The translations under genes and the position numbers were made by a program. Shown here one piece after another: positions 18,743 through 27,760 of a stretch of 64,000 bases of DNA. The stretch is taken from contig CAYLJV010000001.1 of the NCBI GenBank assembly GCA_964384105.1, positions 480,001 through 544,000 of the forward strand, written 5' to 3'. The notes under the pieces were generated by a model. The model ran no database searches, had not been told where the DNA came from, and was given only the letters and a program-made list of their open reading frames with translations. How positions within the stretch are numbered: the stretch's first letter is position 1; each line of letters begins with the position of its first letter. The stretch is from Candidatus Hadarchaeota archaeon (GTDB lineage Archaea > Hadarchaeota > Hadarchaeia > Hadarchaeales > JAGGTB01).

Positions 18743-19498
18743 TTGAATTCTGATTTTTCCTTTTTAAGAAAATTTAATGCTTTTATGGGTTTTCTACACC
18801 TTTTTCAGGCTATTTTAATGTTAATCCTCAGTAATGATTTTTCTCTCACGATAACGAATACTTATCCGGGGGGACCGCCGGGAAGTGGGGAAATAATTAC
18901 GGAAAGTATTGGTAGTTTAAGAATAGGTCCATTAGTAGCAGTTTTTCTACTTATTTCTGCAGTTTGTCACTTTTTGCTCGCAACAATTCTCTACGATTGG
19001 TACGTCAGAAACTTAAAGAGAAACATCAATCATCTTCGTTGGATTGAATATTCCTTCAGCAGTTCGATTATGATTGTTATTATCGCTATGTTTGTTGGAT
19101 TTTTTGATATCAGCGTTCTCCTATTGATCTTCATCTTGAACGCTTCTATGATATTTTTTGGATGGTTGATGGAACTTTATAATCAGAGAACTGAGGAAAC
19201 TAAGTGGTCTCCGTTCATTTTTGGTTGCATTGCTGGTGCGGCTCCATGGGTTGCAATTGCCATTCGTCTTATAACGGCTGTTTGGAGTTCTCCAGTAGAC
19301 GTTCCAGGTTTTGTAATAGGAATTTTTGTCTCCATAGCCATTTTCTTTAATATATTCGCCTTGAATCAGTTACTTCAGTACAAGAAAGTAGGTCGTTGGA
19401 GGAATTACATATTCGGCGAAAAAATGTATATCGTTCTTAGCCTTGTAGCAAAATCAGCATTGGCTTGGCAGATTTTCTCTGGAACCCTGATAGATTAA
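18743..19498 (+). CDS. heR: Heliorhodopsin
   Basis: 7 TM; helix A His (FLHLFQA), helix B His (SAVCHF), RWIEYSFSS (Arg plus Glu counterion), LSLVAKS (retinal Lys). Confidence 0.95.
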   Translation: MNSDFSFLRKFNAFMGFLHLFQAILMLILSNDFSLTITNTYPGGPPGSGEIITESIGSLRIGPLVAVFLLISAVCHFLLATILYDWYVRNLKRNINHLRWIEYSFSSSIMIVIIAMFVGFFDISVLLLIFILNASMIFFGWLMELYNQRTEETKWSPFIFGCIAGAAPWVAIAIRLITAVWSSPVDVPGFVIGIFVSIAIFFNIFALNQLLQYKKVGRWRNYIFGEKMYIVLSLVAKSALAWQIFSGTLID

Positions 19499-19939
19499 GT
19501 CAATGTCTATTTCGGCGATTGATAAAAGACGAATTACTAACGTATCTTGATAAGAGTTATTCTTAGTGCAATAAATTTAGTATGGGGATTTCTATCCCAA
19601 GTACCAAATCCCGATAGTGAACTCTCAATCGAGATTGAAAAATTCAAAATTGACACAAGAATCTCAATCTTGATATTCTTTCATTCAGTATGGAGGAGAG
19701 CGGCTTAGTTCTTCTAGAAGAATTAAAAATACCCCGAATCAAACCAAAGTCAGATTCTTCACTTTTAAGAAGTATAATTGACGAAATAGTAAGAGCAAGA
19801 GGTTGTGGTACCTGTATGAAAAAGGAAGAATCTCTACTTTATAAAAGGCTTTTTAGAAAAGAATAAATACGATCTCCATCAAGTTTGTTTGAATGATTTC
19901 ACACTTGATACTATTTTTCATAAACAAAGGATTTGAAGG

Positions 19940-21457
19940 TTGAAAATTTTGGCTAAGTCGCTTATGGGTAAAAAACCGAAAGTAGCCTTCTTTGATTTTG
20001 CAGGTTGTGAAGGAGATCAGTTACAGATAGCAAATCTTGAAGAAAAAATACTGAATCTGTTGGATCTTGTGGAAATAGTAAGTTTCAGAGAGGTTATGAC
20101 TGAACACTCAAACGACTATGATATCGCATTTGTTGAAGGTTCCATAACGAGACCAATGGATGAAGAGCGATTAAAAACTATAAGAGCAGAGGCTAAGAAG
20201 CTTATTGCTTTGGGAGATTGTGCCTGTAATGGTGGTGTAAACAAGTTACGGAATGATTGGTCGGTAGAGGATGTGGAAGAGGAGGTTTATCAGGGATCGG
20301 AGGATGTGATAAAAGACAACGAATTCTTCAACGCATATCCAACTAAGGCAGTTGATGAGATTGTGGATGTGGACTATTACATACGGGGATGTCCGGTTGA
20401 AGGAGAACAGGTGTTTTATTTCATAAAAAGACTGGTCTCTATGCCTTTAGAATCTAACAAAGATGTTTATTTTGACATTACGTTAAAAAATATAGATGTA
20501 GACGAACGTTCTCTGGTCAGTTACAATCCCAACAAGTGCATTCTATGCCGACGATGTGCCAATATTTGCCAAGACGTTTTGGGTGTTGATGCATTAGGCC
20601 CGGTCGATAGAGGGTGGACTACCATTATTTCGACCCCTGAAAACATAGGCTTTGATGCTAATGGTTGCATACAGTGTGGTCAGTGTATTTCTGTTTGTCC
20701 AGTCAATGCGCTTTACACAAAGTCACCTGTAGAGGGTTTGATTGAAGAGCTGAAAAATAGTGAACTTTCTATTGCTGTGGATTCCGTTGCGCTAGCATCT
20801 TTTGTTCAGAATCACCGGCTACTCAGTGATCTAGATCCAAGTCTCGCAGAGAAATATGTTGTAGCAGGTCTTAGGAAAATAGGATTTCGTAGAGTACTTC
20901 AGTATGATAATTATCTCCATAAGTCTCGAGAGGAGGATGAGAAGGCCGATAGTGCGATTCTTGCTAGCTGGTGTCTCCCTGCTCGAAATTATTTTGATGT
21001 TAGTAGTACCAGTGTTCTACGTTCGTATGAGGAAAACTCTCCTTGGAATTTGCTTATAGGTGAGGAGGGCGAAGGAGTCTGCTTGTTGAGTCCGTGTATA
21101 GGTCTCAAGGAGATTGAGCGATTAGGACCTGTGATTACTTCTCCGGAATTGGAAGAACTTTTCAATAAGATGGAATTAGATTTGGGGTTTTTGGATCCAG
21201 AGAATGGCGAGTATGACGGAGAGGTTGTTGACGAAGGTTTCGAACATCCAGGTGTTCCATCTAAAAAGGATACATTCAATATCACTGATGATTTGAAAAA
21301 TGAATTAGCTGAATCAGATCTTTCTGAGGGCCCAATTGGTGTTTTTCCATGTCTTAAGGGATGTGTGAGTGGTGGCGGTAATTATCCCACCGTCGATGAA
21401 TCCGATATACAGGAAAGAGTTGATTGGATTAATAATTTGAGGGGGGTTAATTTATGA
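19940..21457 (+). CDS. Hybrid subunit: group 3 [NiFe] small-subunit N-domain + 2x[4Fe-4S] + degenerate [FeFe]-hydrogenase (HydA) H-domain
   Basis: AGCEGD, FVEGSI, GDCA and RGCP; then KCILCRRC and CIQCGQCISVCP; then SWCLP, SPCIGLK and FPCLKGCVSGGG. Confidence 0.88.
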   Translation: MKILAKSLMGKKPKVAFFDFAGCEGDQLQIANLEEKILNLLDLVEIVSFREVMTEHSNDYDIAFVEGSITRPMDEERLKTIRAEAKKLIALGDCACNGGVNKLRNDWSVEDVEEEVYQGSEDVIKDNEFFNAYPTKAVDEIVDVDYYIRGCPVEGEQVFYFIKRLVSMPLESNKDVYFDITLKNIDVDERSLVSYNPNKCILCRRCANICQDVLGVDALGPVDRGWTTIISTPENIGFDANGCIQCGQCISVCPVNALYTKSPVEGLIEELKNSELSIAVDSVALASFVQNHRLLSDLDPSLAEKYVVAGLRKIGFRRVLQYDNYLHKSREEDEKADSAILASWCLPARNYFDVSSTSVLRSYEENSPWNLLIGEEGEGVCLLSPCIGLKEIERLGPVITSPELEELFNKMELDLGFLDPENGEYDGEVVDEGFEHPGVPSKKDTFNITDDLKNELAESDLSEGPIGVFPCLKGCVSGGGNYPTVDESDIQERVDWINNLRGVNL

Positions 21458-21939
21458 TGGAGAGCAAGGTTGAAGAGTTGTCTTGGGAAGAGAAAAGGAA
21501 ACTAGAGAAGATAATAGACTCTGTTGATAATCCTGAATATCAGAAAATAGAGCTTCTTCAAAAGACTCAAGAGGAGTATGGATGGTTGAAAGGTGAACAC
21601 ATGAAGTATATCGCTGAATGTATTGATACCAGTTATACAGATCTTTTTGGTATTGCGACCTTCTATTCTCAATTTACTCTTCATCCGCCAGGTCGTCACA
21701 AGATATCTGTCTGCATGGGGACCAGTTGTCATGTGAAAGGGGGCGAAGAGCTGATGGAAGAGTTACAGGAAATATTGAATATAGGAGTTGGCGAAACAAC
21801 GGACGACAAACGATTCTCTCTTAATCAGGTTAGATGTTTAGGTTGTTGTGGTCTTGCTCCGGTGATTGATATAGATGGTAAGATATTCAGTAGGGTTAGA
21901 CCCGCTCAAATAGAAGATATTCTGGAAGAATTTGAATAG
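21454..21939 (+). CDS. HydC/NuoE-like [2Fe-2S] subunit
   Basis: ATFYSQF, VCMGTSCHVKG, CLGCCGLAP. Confidence 0.93.
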   Translation: MMESKVEELSWEEKRKLEKIIDSVDNPEYQKIELLQKTQEEYGWLKGEHMKYIAECIDTSYTDLFGIATFYSQFTLHPPGRHKISVCMGTSCHVKGGEELMEELQEILNIGVGETTDDKRFSLNQVRCLGCCGLAPVIDIDGKIFSRVRPAQIEDILEEFE

Positions 21940-21947
21940 GTGATAAG

Positions 21948-24900
21948 ATGGTTATAGAAAAAATAGAAGATTTGGAAGAGATGGCCAAGATAGGCAAAAG
22001 AGAATTGGAATCCTATAATCCTAAGATAATATTTGGACATTCTACGTGCGGTATAGCTGCTGGTGCAGACGAGTTGATTGATTTTACAAAAGAATATTTA
22101 CGCAAAAATAATATCAAAGAAAAAATTGGGGAAAGAGGTCAGCCAGATATCGTTTCAGTAGGCTGTATAGGGATGTGTCATGCTGAACCACTTGTTGATA
22201 TTAAGATGCCAAAAAAGCCCAGAGTCACTTACTATAATGTTGATAAAAATAAATTGGAGCGCATATTAAACGAGCACTTGATCAATGACCGTCCAGTTGA
22301 AGAGTATGTACTGGGTCAACTCTCAAAAGAATTATCCGTTTGTGAACACGGGAGAGTTGATTACTCGTGGCAGTACGAACGCATACCCTCTTTAGATGAA
22401 CTTCCATTTTTATCCAAGCAAGTCAGAGTAGTTCTCAGAAATTGTGGTATTATAAATCCCGAATCTATTGGACAGTATGTTGCCAGAGGTGGTTACAGGT
22501 CCGCTTTAAAGGTTCTCAGTAAATACCATCCGCAGGGGGTCATAGAGGAGGTAAAAGAAGCAAATCTAAGAGGGCGGGGTGGAGCTGGTTTCCCGACTGG
22601 TTTAAAGTGGGAATTTGTGAGAAAGGCCGATGGAGAGCCAAAGTATTTAATTTGTAATGCCGATGAGGGGGATCCAGGCGCGTATATGGATCGTTCAGTT
22701 TTGGAGGGTGATCCACACAGCGTTATAGAGGGTATGATAATTGGTGCATACGCTATGGGTGCCTCTGTTGGTTATATTTACGTGAGAGCTGAATATCCGC
22801 TAGCCATTAAAAGATTGAAAAATGCTATAGAACAGGCGAAAGAGTACAACCTTCTCGGCGAGAATATTATGGGTAGCGATTTTTCTTTTGAGCTGAAAAT
22901 AATGAAGGGTGCTGGTGCTTTTGTTTGCGGTGAAGAGACTGCGCTTATCGCTTCTATAGAGGGTAAGAGAGGGGAACCACGTACTAAACCACCTTTCCCT
23001 GCGAATTCCGGTTTGTTTGGTAAGCCAACTAATGTGAACAATGTTGAGACGTGGGCGAACGTTCCTATGATTTTCGAGAAAGGTGCTGATTGGTTTAAAA
23101 GTATTGGTACAGAGAAGAGCAAGGGTACAAAGGTCTTTTCTCTTGTGGGAAACGTAGAACGTTCTGGGTTAGTTGAGATACCGATGGGAACCAAATTGAA
23201 AGAGATAATATACGAAATTGGAGGGAACATGGAAAATAACAGGAGGTTTAAAGCCGTGCAAACTGGTGGGCCTTCAGGCGGATGTATACCTGTAGATCAT
23301 CTCGATGTTGAAGTTGATTATGAGAACTTGAAAAAACTCGGATCTATTGTCGGTTCCGGCGGAATGGTTGCTATGGATGAAGACACATGTATGGTCGATG
23401 TTGCCAGATACTTTTTGGATTTTTGTGTAGGAGAATCCTGTGGACAGTGTGTTCCCTGTAGAATAGGAACCAGACGAATGCTCGAGATTCTGGACCGTAT
23501 AACTAGAGGTGAAGGAGATATAAAGGACATTGATATTTTGGAACATCTCGCGGTTCAAGTTAGAGATGGTTCACTTTGTGCCCTTGGTGGGACTGCTCCC
23601 AACCCAGTCCTAACTACTCTCAAATATTTCAGAAATGAGTATGAACAACATATTGAGGGAAAAGAGTGCCCTGCATCTTCCTGTGCCACCTTATTCCTTT
23701 CTCCCTGTCAAGACACGTGCCCAGCTGGTACGAATGTGCCTGGTCAAATGCAACTAGTTGTAGAAGGACGAATTGGAGAAGCTTATGAGCTACAGCGGGA
23801 GGATAATCCATTCCCTGGAGTTTCTGGTAGAGTATGTGATCACCCTTGTGAGGACCGGTGTCAACGGAGTCAACTTGATCGAGCGGTTTCGGTTATGGCT
23901 CAACATAGATTCGTCGCAGACCAGGTTTATTCTGGGGAGGTAGAGGATAGACCAGAGACCACAAGACTCGATCCAACAGGCAGAAGTATTGGAATTATTG
24001 GAGGGGGACCGGCAGGTCTTACAGCTGCTTATTTCCTGAAGAGACTGGGCCATGATGTTACAATATATGAAGGCCGTCCTGAACTTGGTGGCATGCTTAG
24101 GTGGGGGATCCCTGAGTACAGACTTCCTAGAGATATATTGGACTGGGAGATTCAGCAGATAATAGATCTTGGCGTTAATGTAAAACTTGACACTTCTGTT
24201 GGAAAAGACATATCATTTAATGAGGTACTGGATACGCATGATTCGATTTTCCTAGGTATTGGGGCTCATAAAGATATCTCGCTTGGATTAGAAAACAGCG
24301 ATGTGCTTGGGATACTGGAGGGGATGAAACTTTTAGAGAAGGTAAACAAGGGCGAGGAAGTAGAACTAGGTAACACAGTTCTGATAATTGGTGGGGGGAA
24401 CGTTTCAGTTGATATGGCAAGAACAGCACGGAGGTTAGGTTGTGAGAGAGTTATAGTCGCATATAGGCGGGAAGAGGTCGACATGCCGGCTTACCCTGAA
24501 GAAGTCGAGGAGGCTAAAAGGGAAGGTGTTGATTTCAAATTCCTCCTGTCTCCTGAAGAGATTATAGTTGAAGGTGGGAAGGCTGCAGGAATGGTATTTA
24601 CTAAGACTGAGATGGGTGAATATACCAAGGAAGGGCGTCGAAAACCGATGCCTTTAGAATATGAGAAAACCGTTTTGATGGCTGACACCATCATAACTGC
24701 TATCGGTCAGGAGATAGACAAAAGTTTTGCAGAAGATTTAGTTGATGAACTAACTGATGAGGAAAATAGACTTTTAGAGGTTGATTCCCTCACAATGAAG
24801 ACAAATCATCCAAAAATATTCGCGGGTGGGGATGCAGTTTTAGGTCCCTCAACAGTAATTGAAGCAGTCTCTCATGGTAAAAAAGCTGCTAAGGAAATAG

Positions 24901-25136
24901 ATGCTGAACTAATGGGTGAAGATAGGATGGAAGAACTGAGGAGTATTAATGACTATGATTATTCCATGGAAGAACGTGATAATGAGCAGTATATCCCCAG
25001 AGCGGAATTACAATCGCTCTCTGTTGAGGAGAGAAAAGATAATTTCAAAGAGGTTATTAAGTGTATGGATAGAGAAACTGCTGTGGGGGAGGCAGAACGC
25101 TGCCTAAGGTGTGATATAGGGAAGGGAGGAAAATAA
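21948..25136 (+). CDS. HydB/NuoF-like FMN diaphorase fused to a GltD/NfnB-like FAD-NAD(P)H domain
   Basis: N-terminal thioredoxin-like Cys domain; GRGGAGFP, NADEGDPG, CGEETAL, GGPSGG, CGQCVPCR; then GRVCDHPCE, GGGPAG, GGGNV, YRR, EAERCLRC. Confidence 0.93.
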   Translation: MVIEKIEDLEEMAKIGKRELESYNPKIIFGHSTCGIAAGADELIDFTKEYLRKNNIKEKIGERGQPDIVSVGCIGMCHAEPLVDIKMPKKPRVTYYNVDKNKLERILNEHLINDRPVEEYVLGQLSKELSVCEHGRVDYSWQYERIPSLDELPFLSKQVRVVLRNCGIINPESIGQYVARGGYRSALKVLSKYHPQGVIEEVKEANLRGRGGAGFPTGLKWEFVRKADGEPKYLICNADEGDPGAYMDRSVLEGDPHSVIEGMIIGAYAMGASVGYIYVRAEYPLAIKRLKNAIEQAKEYNLLGENIMGSDFSFELKIMKGAGAFVCGEETALIASIEGKRGEPRTKPPFPANSGLFGKPTNVNNVETWANVPMIFEKGADWFKSIGTEKSKGTKVFSLVGNVERSGLVEIPMGTKLKEIIYEIGGNMENNRRFKAVQTGGPSGGCIPVDHLDVEVDYENLKKLGSIVGSGGMVAMDEDTCMVDVARYFLDFCVGESCGQCVPCRIGTRRMLEILDRITRGEGDIKDIDILEHLAVQVRDGSLCALGGTAPNPVLTTLKYFRNEYEQHIEGKECPASSCATLFLSPCQDTCPAGTNVPGQMQLVVEGRIGEAYELQREDNPFPGVSGRVCDHPCEDRCQRSQLDRAVSVMAQHRFVADQVYSGEVEDRPETTRLDPTGRSIGIIGGGPAGLTAAYFLKRLGHDVTIYEGRPELGGMLRWGIPEYRLPRDILDWEIQQIIDLGVNVKLDTSVGKDISFNEVLDTHDSIFLGIGAHKDISLGLENSDVLGILEGMKLLEKVNKGEEVELGNTVLIIGGGNVSVDMARTARRLGCERVIVAYRREEVDMPAYPEEVEEAKREGVDFKFLLSPEEIIVEGGKAAGMVFTKTEMGEYTKEGRRKPMPLEYEKTVLMADTIITAIGQEIDKSFAEDLVDELTDEENRLLEVDSLTMKTNHPKIFAGGDAVLGPSTVIEAVSHGKKAAKEIDAELMGEDRMEELRSINDYDYSMEERDNEQYIPRAELQSLSVEERKDNFKEVIKCMDRETAVGEAERCLRCDIGKGGK

Positions 25137-25804
25137 TGGAAATAATCATAGATGGTGAACAGTATGAATGCCAGCCGGGTCAGAAAGTTTATGATGTGGC
25201 TGAAGAGAATGGTATTCATATTCCCACTCTCTGCTATAATCATTTGATTCCTGAGATAAGACCAGGTGCATGTAGAATTTGTGTTGTAGAGGTTGTTAAT
25301 AATGGTAAAGAAACGCAACTTGAGTCTAGTTGCACTTTGCCAGTCTCTGAAGGTCTAGAAGTTTCAACAAATAGTCAGGCTGTATACGATGAGAGGAGAC
25401 AGGACCTTGAACTGATGCTTTCTGAACATGAACAGGATTGTCGAAATTGTGTCAAGAGTGGAAATTGTAACTTTGCCGAGCTATGCTTGGAATATGATAT
25501 AGATGGAGTATCTATATGTGCAGAGTGTCCTAAGCAAGAGAGTGGATGTTTTCTTTCCAGGGGGGTGCTTTGCCTCGGTCCGATAACCCATGCAGGTTGC
25601 GATGCTTTCTGTCTGAGGAAGGACGAACCATGCGAGGGGTGTTTCAGCTTGCTTAGCGATGAGAGTGTACTAAAATTCGGTATTGAAGCCTTAAAGGAGA
25701 CGGGATTTGATAAGGATGAAGTACTTGAGGCTGTGAAGATTTTTTCTTTTGATGGGTTAAAACGGTTAGAAATGTTAATGGAAAAAGAGGGATGGAATGA
25801 GTAA
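25136..25804 (+). CDS. HydA/NuoG N-terminal [2Fe-2S]+His-[4Fe-4S] domain fused to the C-terminal half of a [NiFe] small subunit
   Basis: IPTLC...GACRICVVE...SC and HEQDCRNC..SGNC; then ICAEC...CLGPITHAGCDAFC...PCEGC. Confidence 0.88.
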   Translation: MEIIIDGEQYECQPGQKVYDVAEENGIHIPTLCYNHLIPEIRPGACRICVVEVVNNGKETQLESSCTLPVSEGLEVSTNSQAVYDERRQDLELMLSEHEQDCRNCVKSGNCNFAELCLEYDIDGVSICAECPKQESGCFLSRGVLCLGPITHAGCDAFCLRKDEPCEGCFSLLSDESVLKFGIEALKETGFDKDEVLEAVKIFSFDGLKRLEMLMEKEGWNE

Positions 25805-27104
25805 AATTGATATAAATGTGGAACTTTTGACTCGAGTTGAGGGACACGGTAACATAGTAGTTAATGCAGAGGAGGGCAAGATTAAGGAACTTTCGTGGAA
25901 AGTTGAAGAAGCCCCGCGATATTTTGAGGCTTTAGTTAAAGGTAAACCACATCACCAGTTAGCTCAGATTACTTCGAGAATTTGCGGAATTTGTTCCATG
26001 GCTCATCAATTAACTTCTTTGAAAGCTACAGAAAACGCGATGAATATCGAAGTATCTGAACGCGATGAACTTCTTAGAAGGCTTGCACTTCACGGTGAAT
26101 TTATTCAAAGCCATGTTCTCCACTGTGGTTATTTGGCTTTGCCGGATTTACTTGAAGTTGGATCAGTTATACCTTTAGCTTCTTCAAATCCAGATGAACT
26201 TAAAAATGTCATTAGGGTGCATAGAGTGGGTAATGAACTTTCTGACTTAGTCGGAGGTAGAAATACGCATCAACGAAGGCTTGTCCTAGGTGGACTTTCA
26301 AAACTGCCTTCACCACTAGAACTTAGGACATTAAAAAGTAAATTAGCTGATTCTTTAAAGGATTTAGAGAAATTGGTATCGTTCTTGAAGGGAGTGGTGT
26401 CCCAGTTACCTGATTTTAGACGCGAGACTGAATTTATATCTTTGAATCATGAAAAAAGATATCCACTCTACGATGGTAACATAGTTTCATCTGATACAGG
26501 TACTGCTCCGGTTGAGAAGTATTTGTCGATAACTAATGAGTATGTGGTTCCACAATCAACAGCTAAATACACTAAGCACAATCGGGAATCTTATATGACT
26601 GGAGCTCTAGCGAGATTTAATAATAATTATGATCATCTTGGGTCAGAGGCTAAGGAAGTTGCAGAAGAGTTTGGATTGGAACCAATATGTCATAGACCTT
26701 TCATGAACAATATTGCTCAGGTAGTAGAAACTGTACACTGTACTGTAGACGCAATAAAAATTATCGATGAATTGTTAGACAAAGGACTGGACTCTCAGGG
26801 TGAATATTGTCAACCTCACGTAGACGTAAAATCAGGAAGAGGAGTTGGAGCAGTTGAAGCTCCACGAGGTATTCTCTTCCACGACTATACTTACAATAAG
26901 AAGGGAGTGTGTACTAAAGCGAATTGTATTATTCCTACTAATCAGAATCATGGAAACATTCAGAGAGATTTAGAAAAAATGGTGCCAGAAATGATGGATG
27001 AGCCAGAGGAAAAAATAGAACATTCTTTAGAAATGTTGGTGAGAGCCTATGATCCATGTATTTCTTGTTCTACACATTATCTAGACGTAGATTTCGTTGA
27101 TTAA
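25797..27104 (+). CDS. [NiFe]-hydrogenase large subunit, group 3 (3b-like)
   Basis: TRVEGHG, L1 RICGIC, EAPRG, L2 DPCISCSTH followed by a short cleavable tail. Confidence 0.96.
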   Translation: MSKIDINVELLTRVEGHGNIVVNAEEGKIKELSWKVEEAPRYFEALVKGKPHHQLAQITSRICGICSMAHQLTSLKATENAMNIEVSERDELLRRLALHGEFIQSHVLHCGYLALPDLLEVGSVIPLASSNPDELKNVIRVHRVGNELSDLVGGRNTHQRRLVLGGLSKLPSPLELRTLKSKLADSLKDLEKLVSFLKGVVSQLPDFRRETEFISLNHEKRYPLYDGNIVSSDTGTAPVEKYLSITNEYVVPQSTAKYTKHNRESYMTGALARFNNNYDHLGSEAKEVAEEFGLEPICHRPFMNNIAQVVETVHCTVDAIKIIDELLDKGLDSQGEYCQPHVDVKSGRGVGAVEAPRGILFHDYTYNKKGVCTKANCIIPTNQNHGNIQRDLEKMVPEMMDEPEEKIEHSLEMLVRAYDPCISCSTHYLDVDFVD

Positions 27105-27161
27105 CTGCTTTTTGTTCGATCAATTCATGAAGATCTTTGAGAATACAGATTTAACTTTACG

Positions 27162-27623
27162 ATGAAGGCAATTATAGGTTTGGGAAATCCAATTAGGGCT
27201 GATGATGGAATAGGCATACGCTTAATTAAAGAAATTAGGAAAAAGGATCTCCCTCCCGATGTGGAAGTTTTCGACTCTGGCAACCGGGTAATGAGATTAT
27301 TACATCTTTTAAACGATTTAGAAATAGCCGTTATAGTAGATGCAGTCCATTTTGGTGGAAATCCAGGAGATTTTGTTTTCTTTTCGCCGGAAGAAGTAAA
27401 GTCTCTGAACACATCTAAAAATACCCATGATACCAATATTCTGGAGGTTCTTGAACTATCCAAAACTCTGAATAAAGAATCAAAAGAGATAATAATAATG
27501 GGGATTGAACCGAAAGATACGTCTTTTGAGGAAGGTATTTCGCAAGAACTTAAAGATCGCCTGCCTGAGATGATAGATGAATTATTAAAGAAAATAATGG
27601 TTATGGGATCGGATGGAAAATGA
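27162..27623 (+). CDS. Hydrogenase maturation endopeptidase (HycI/HybD family)
   Basis: GLGNPIRADDGIG, VDAV, NTHD. Confidence 0.93.
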   Translation: MKAIIGLGNPIRADDGIGIRLIKEIRKKDLPPDVEVFDSGNRVMRLLHLLNDLEIAVIVDAVHFGGNPGDFVFFSPEEVKSLNTSKNTHDTNILEVLELSKTLNKESKEIIIMGIEPKDTSFEEGISQELKDRLPEMIDELLKKIMVMGSDGK

Positions 27624-27760
27624 TATTTCTTTTAAAATCGAATCTTAGTTTTTGAGTTTTTAGTTTGAATCTAGATTCGGGGTTTATTTTTTACTGACTA
27701 TAATCTTTAAGATAGTTCGTAGATTTATACTATAAACCTTTGATTGACTAAATTTGTCTG

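Noticed and set aside
25797-27104. Possible selenocysteine ([NiFeSe]) enzyme
   Set aside because: L2 motif is DPCISC with ordinary Cys codons; no in-frame TGA
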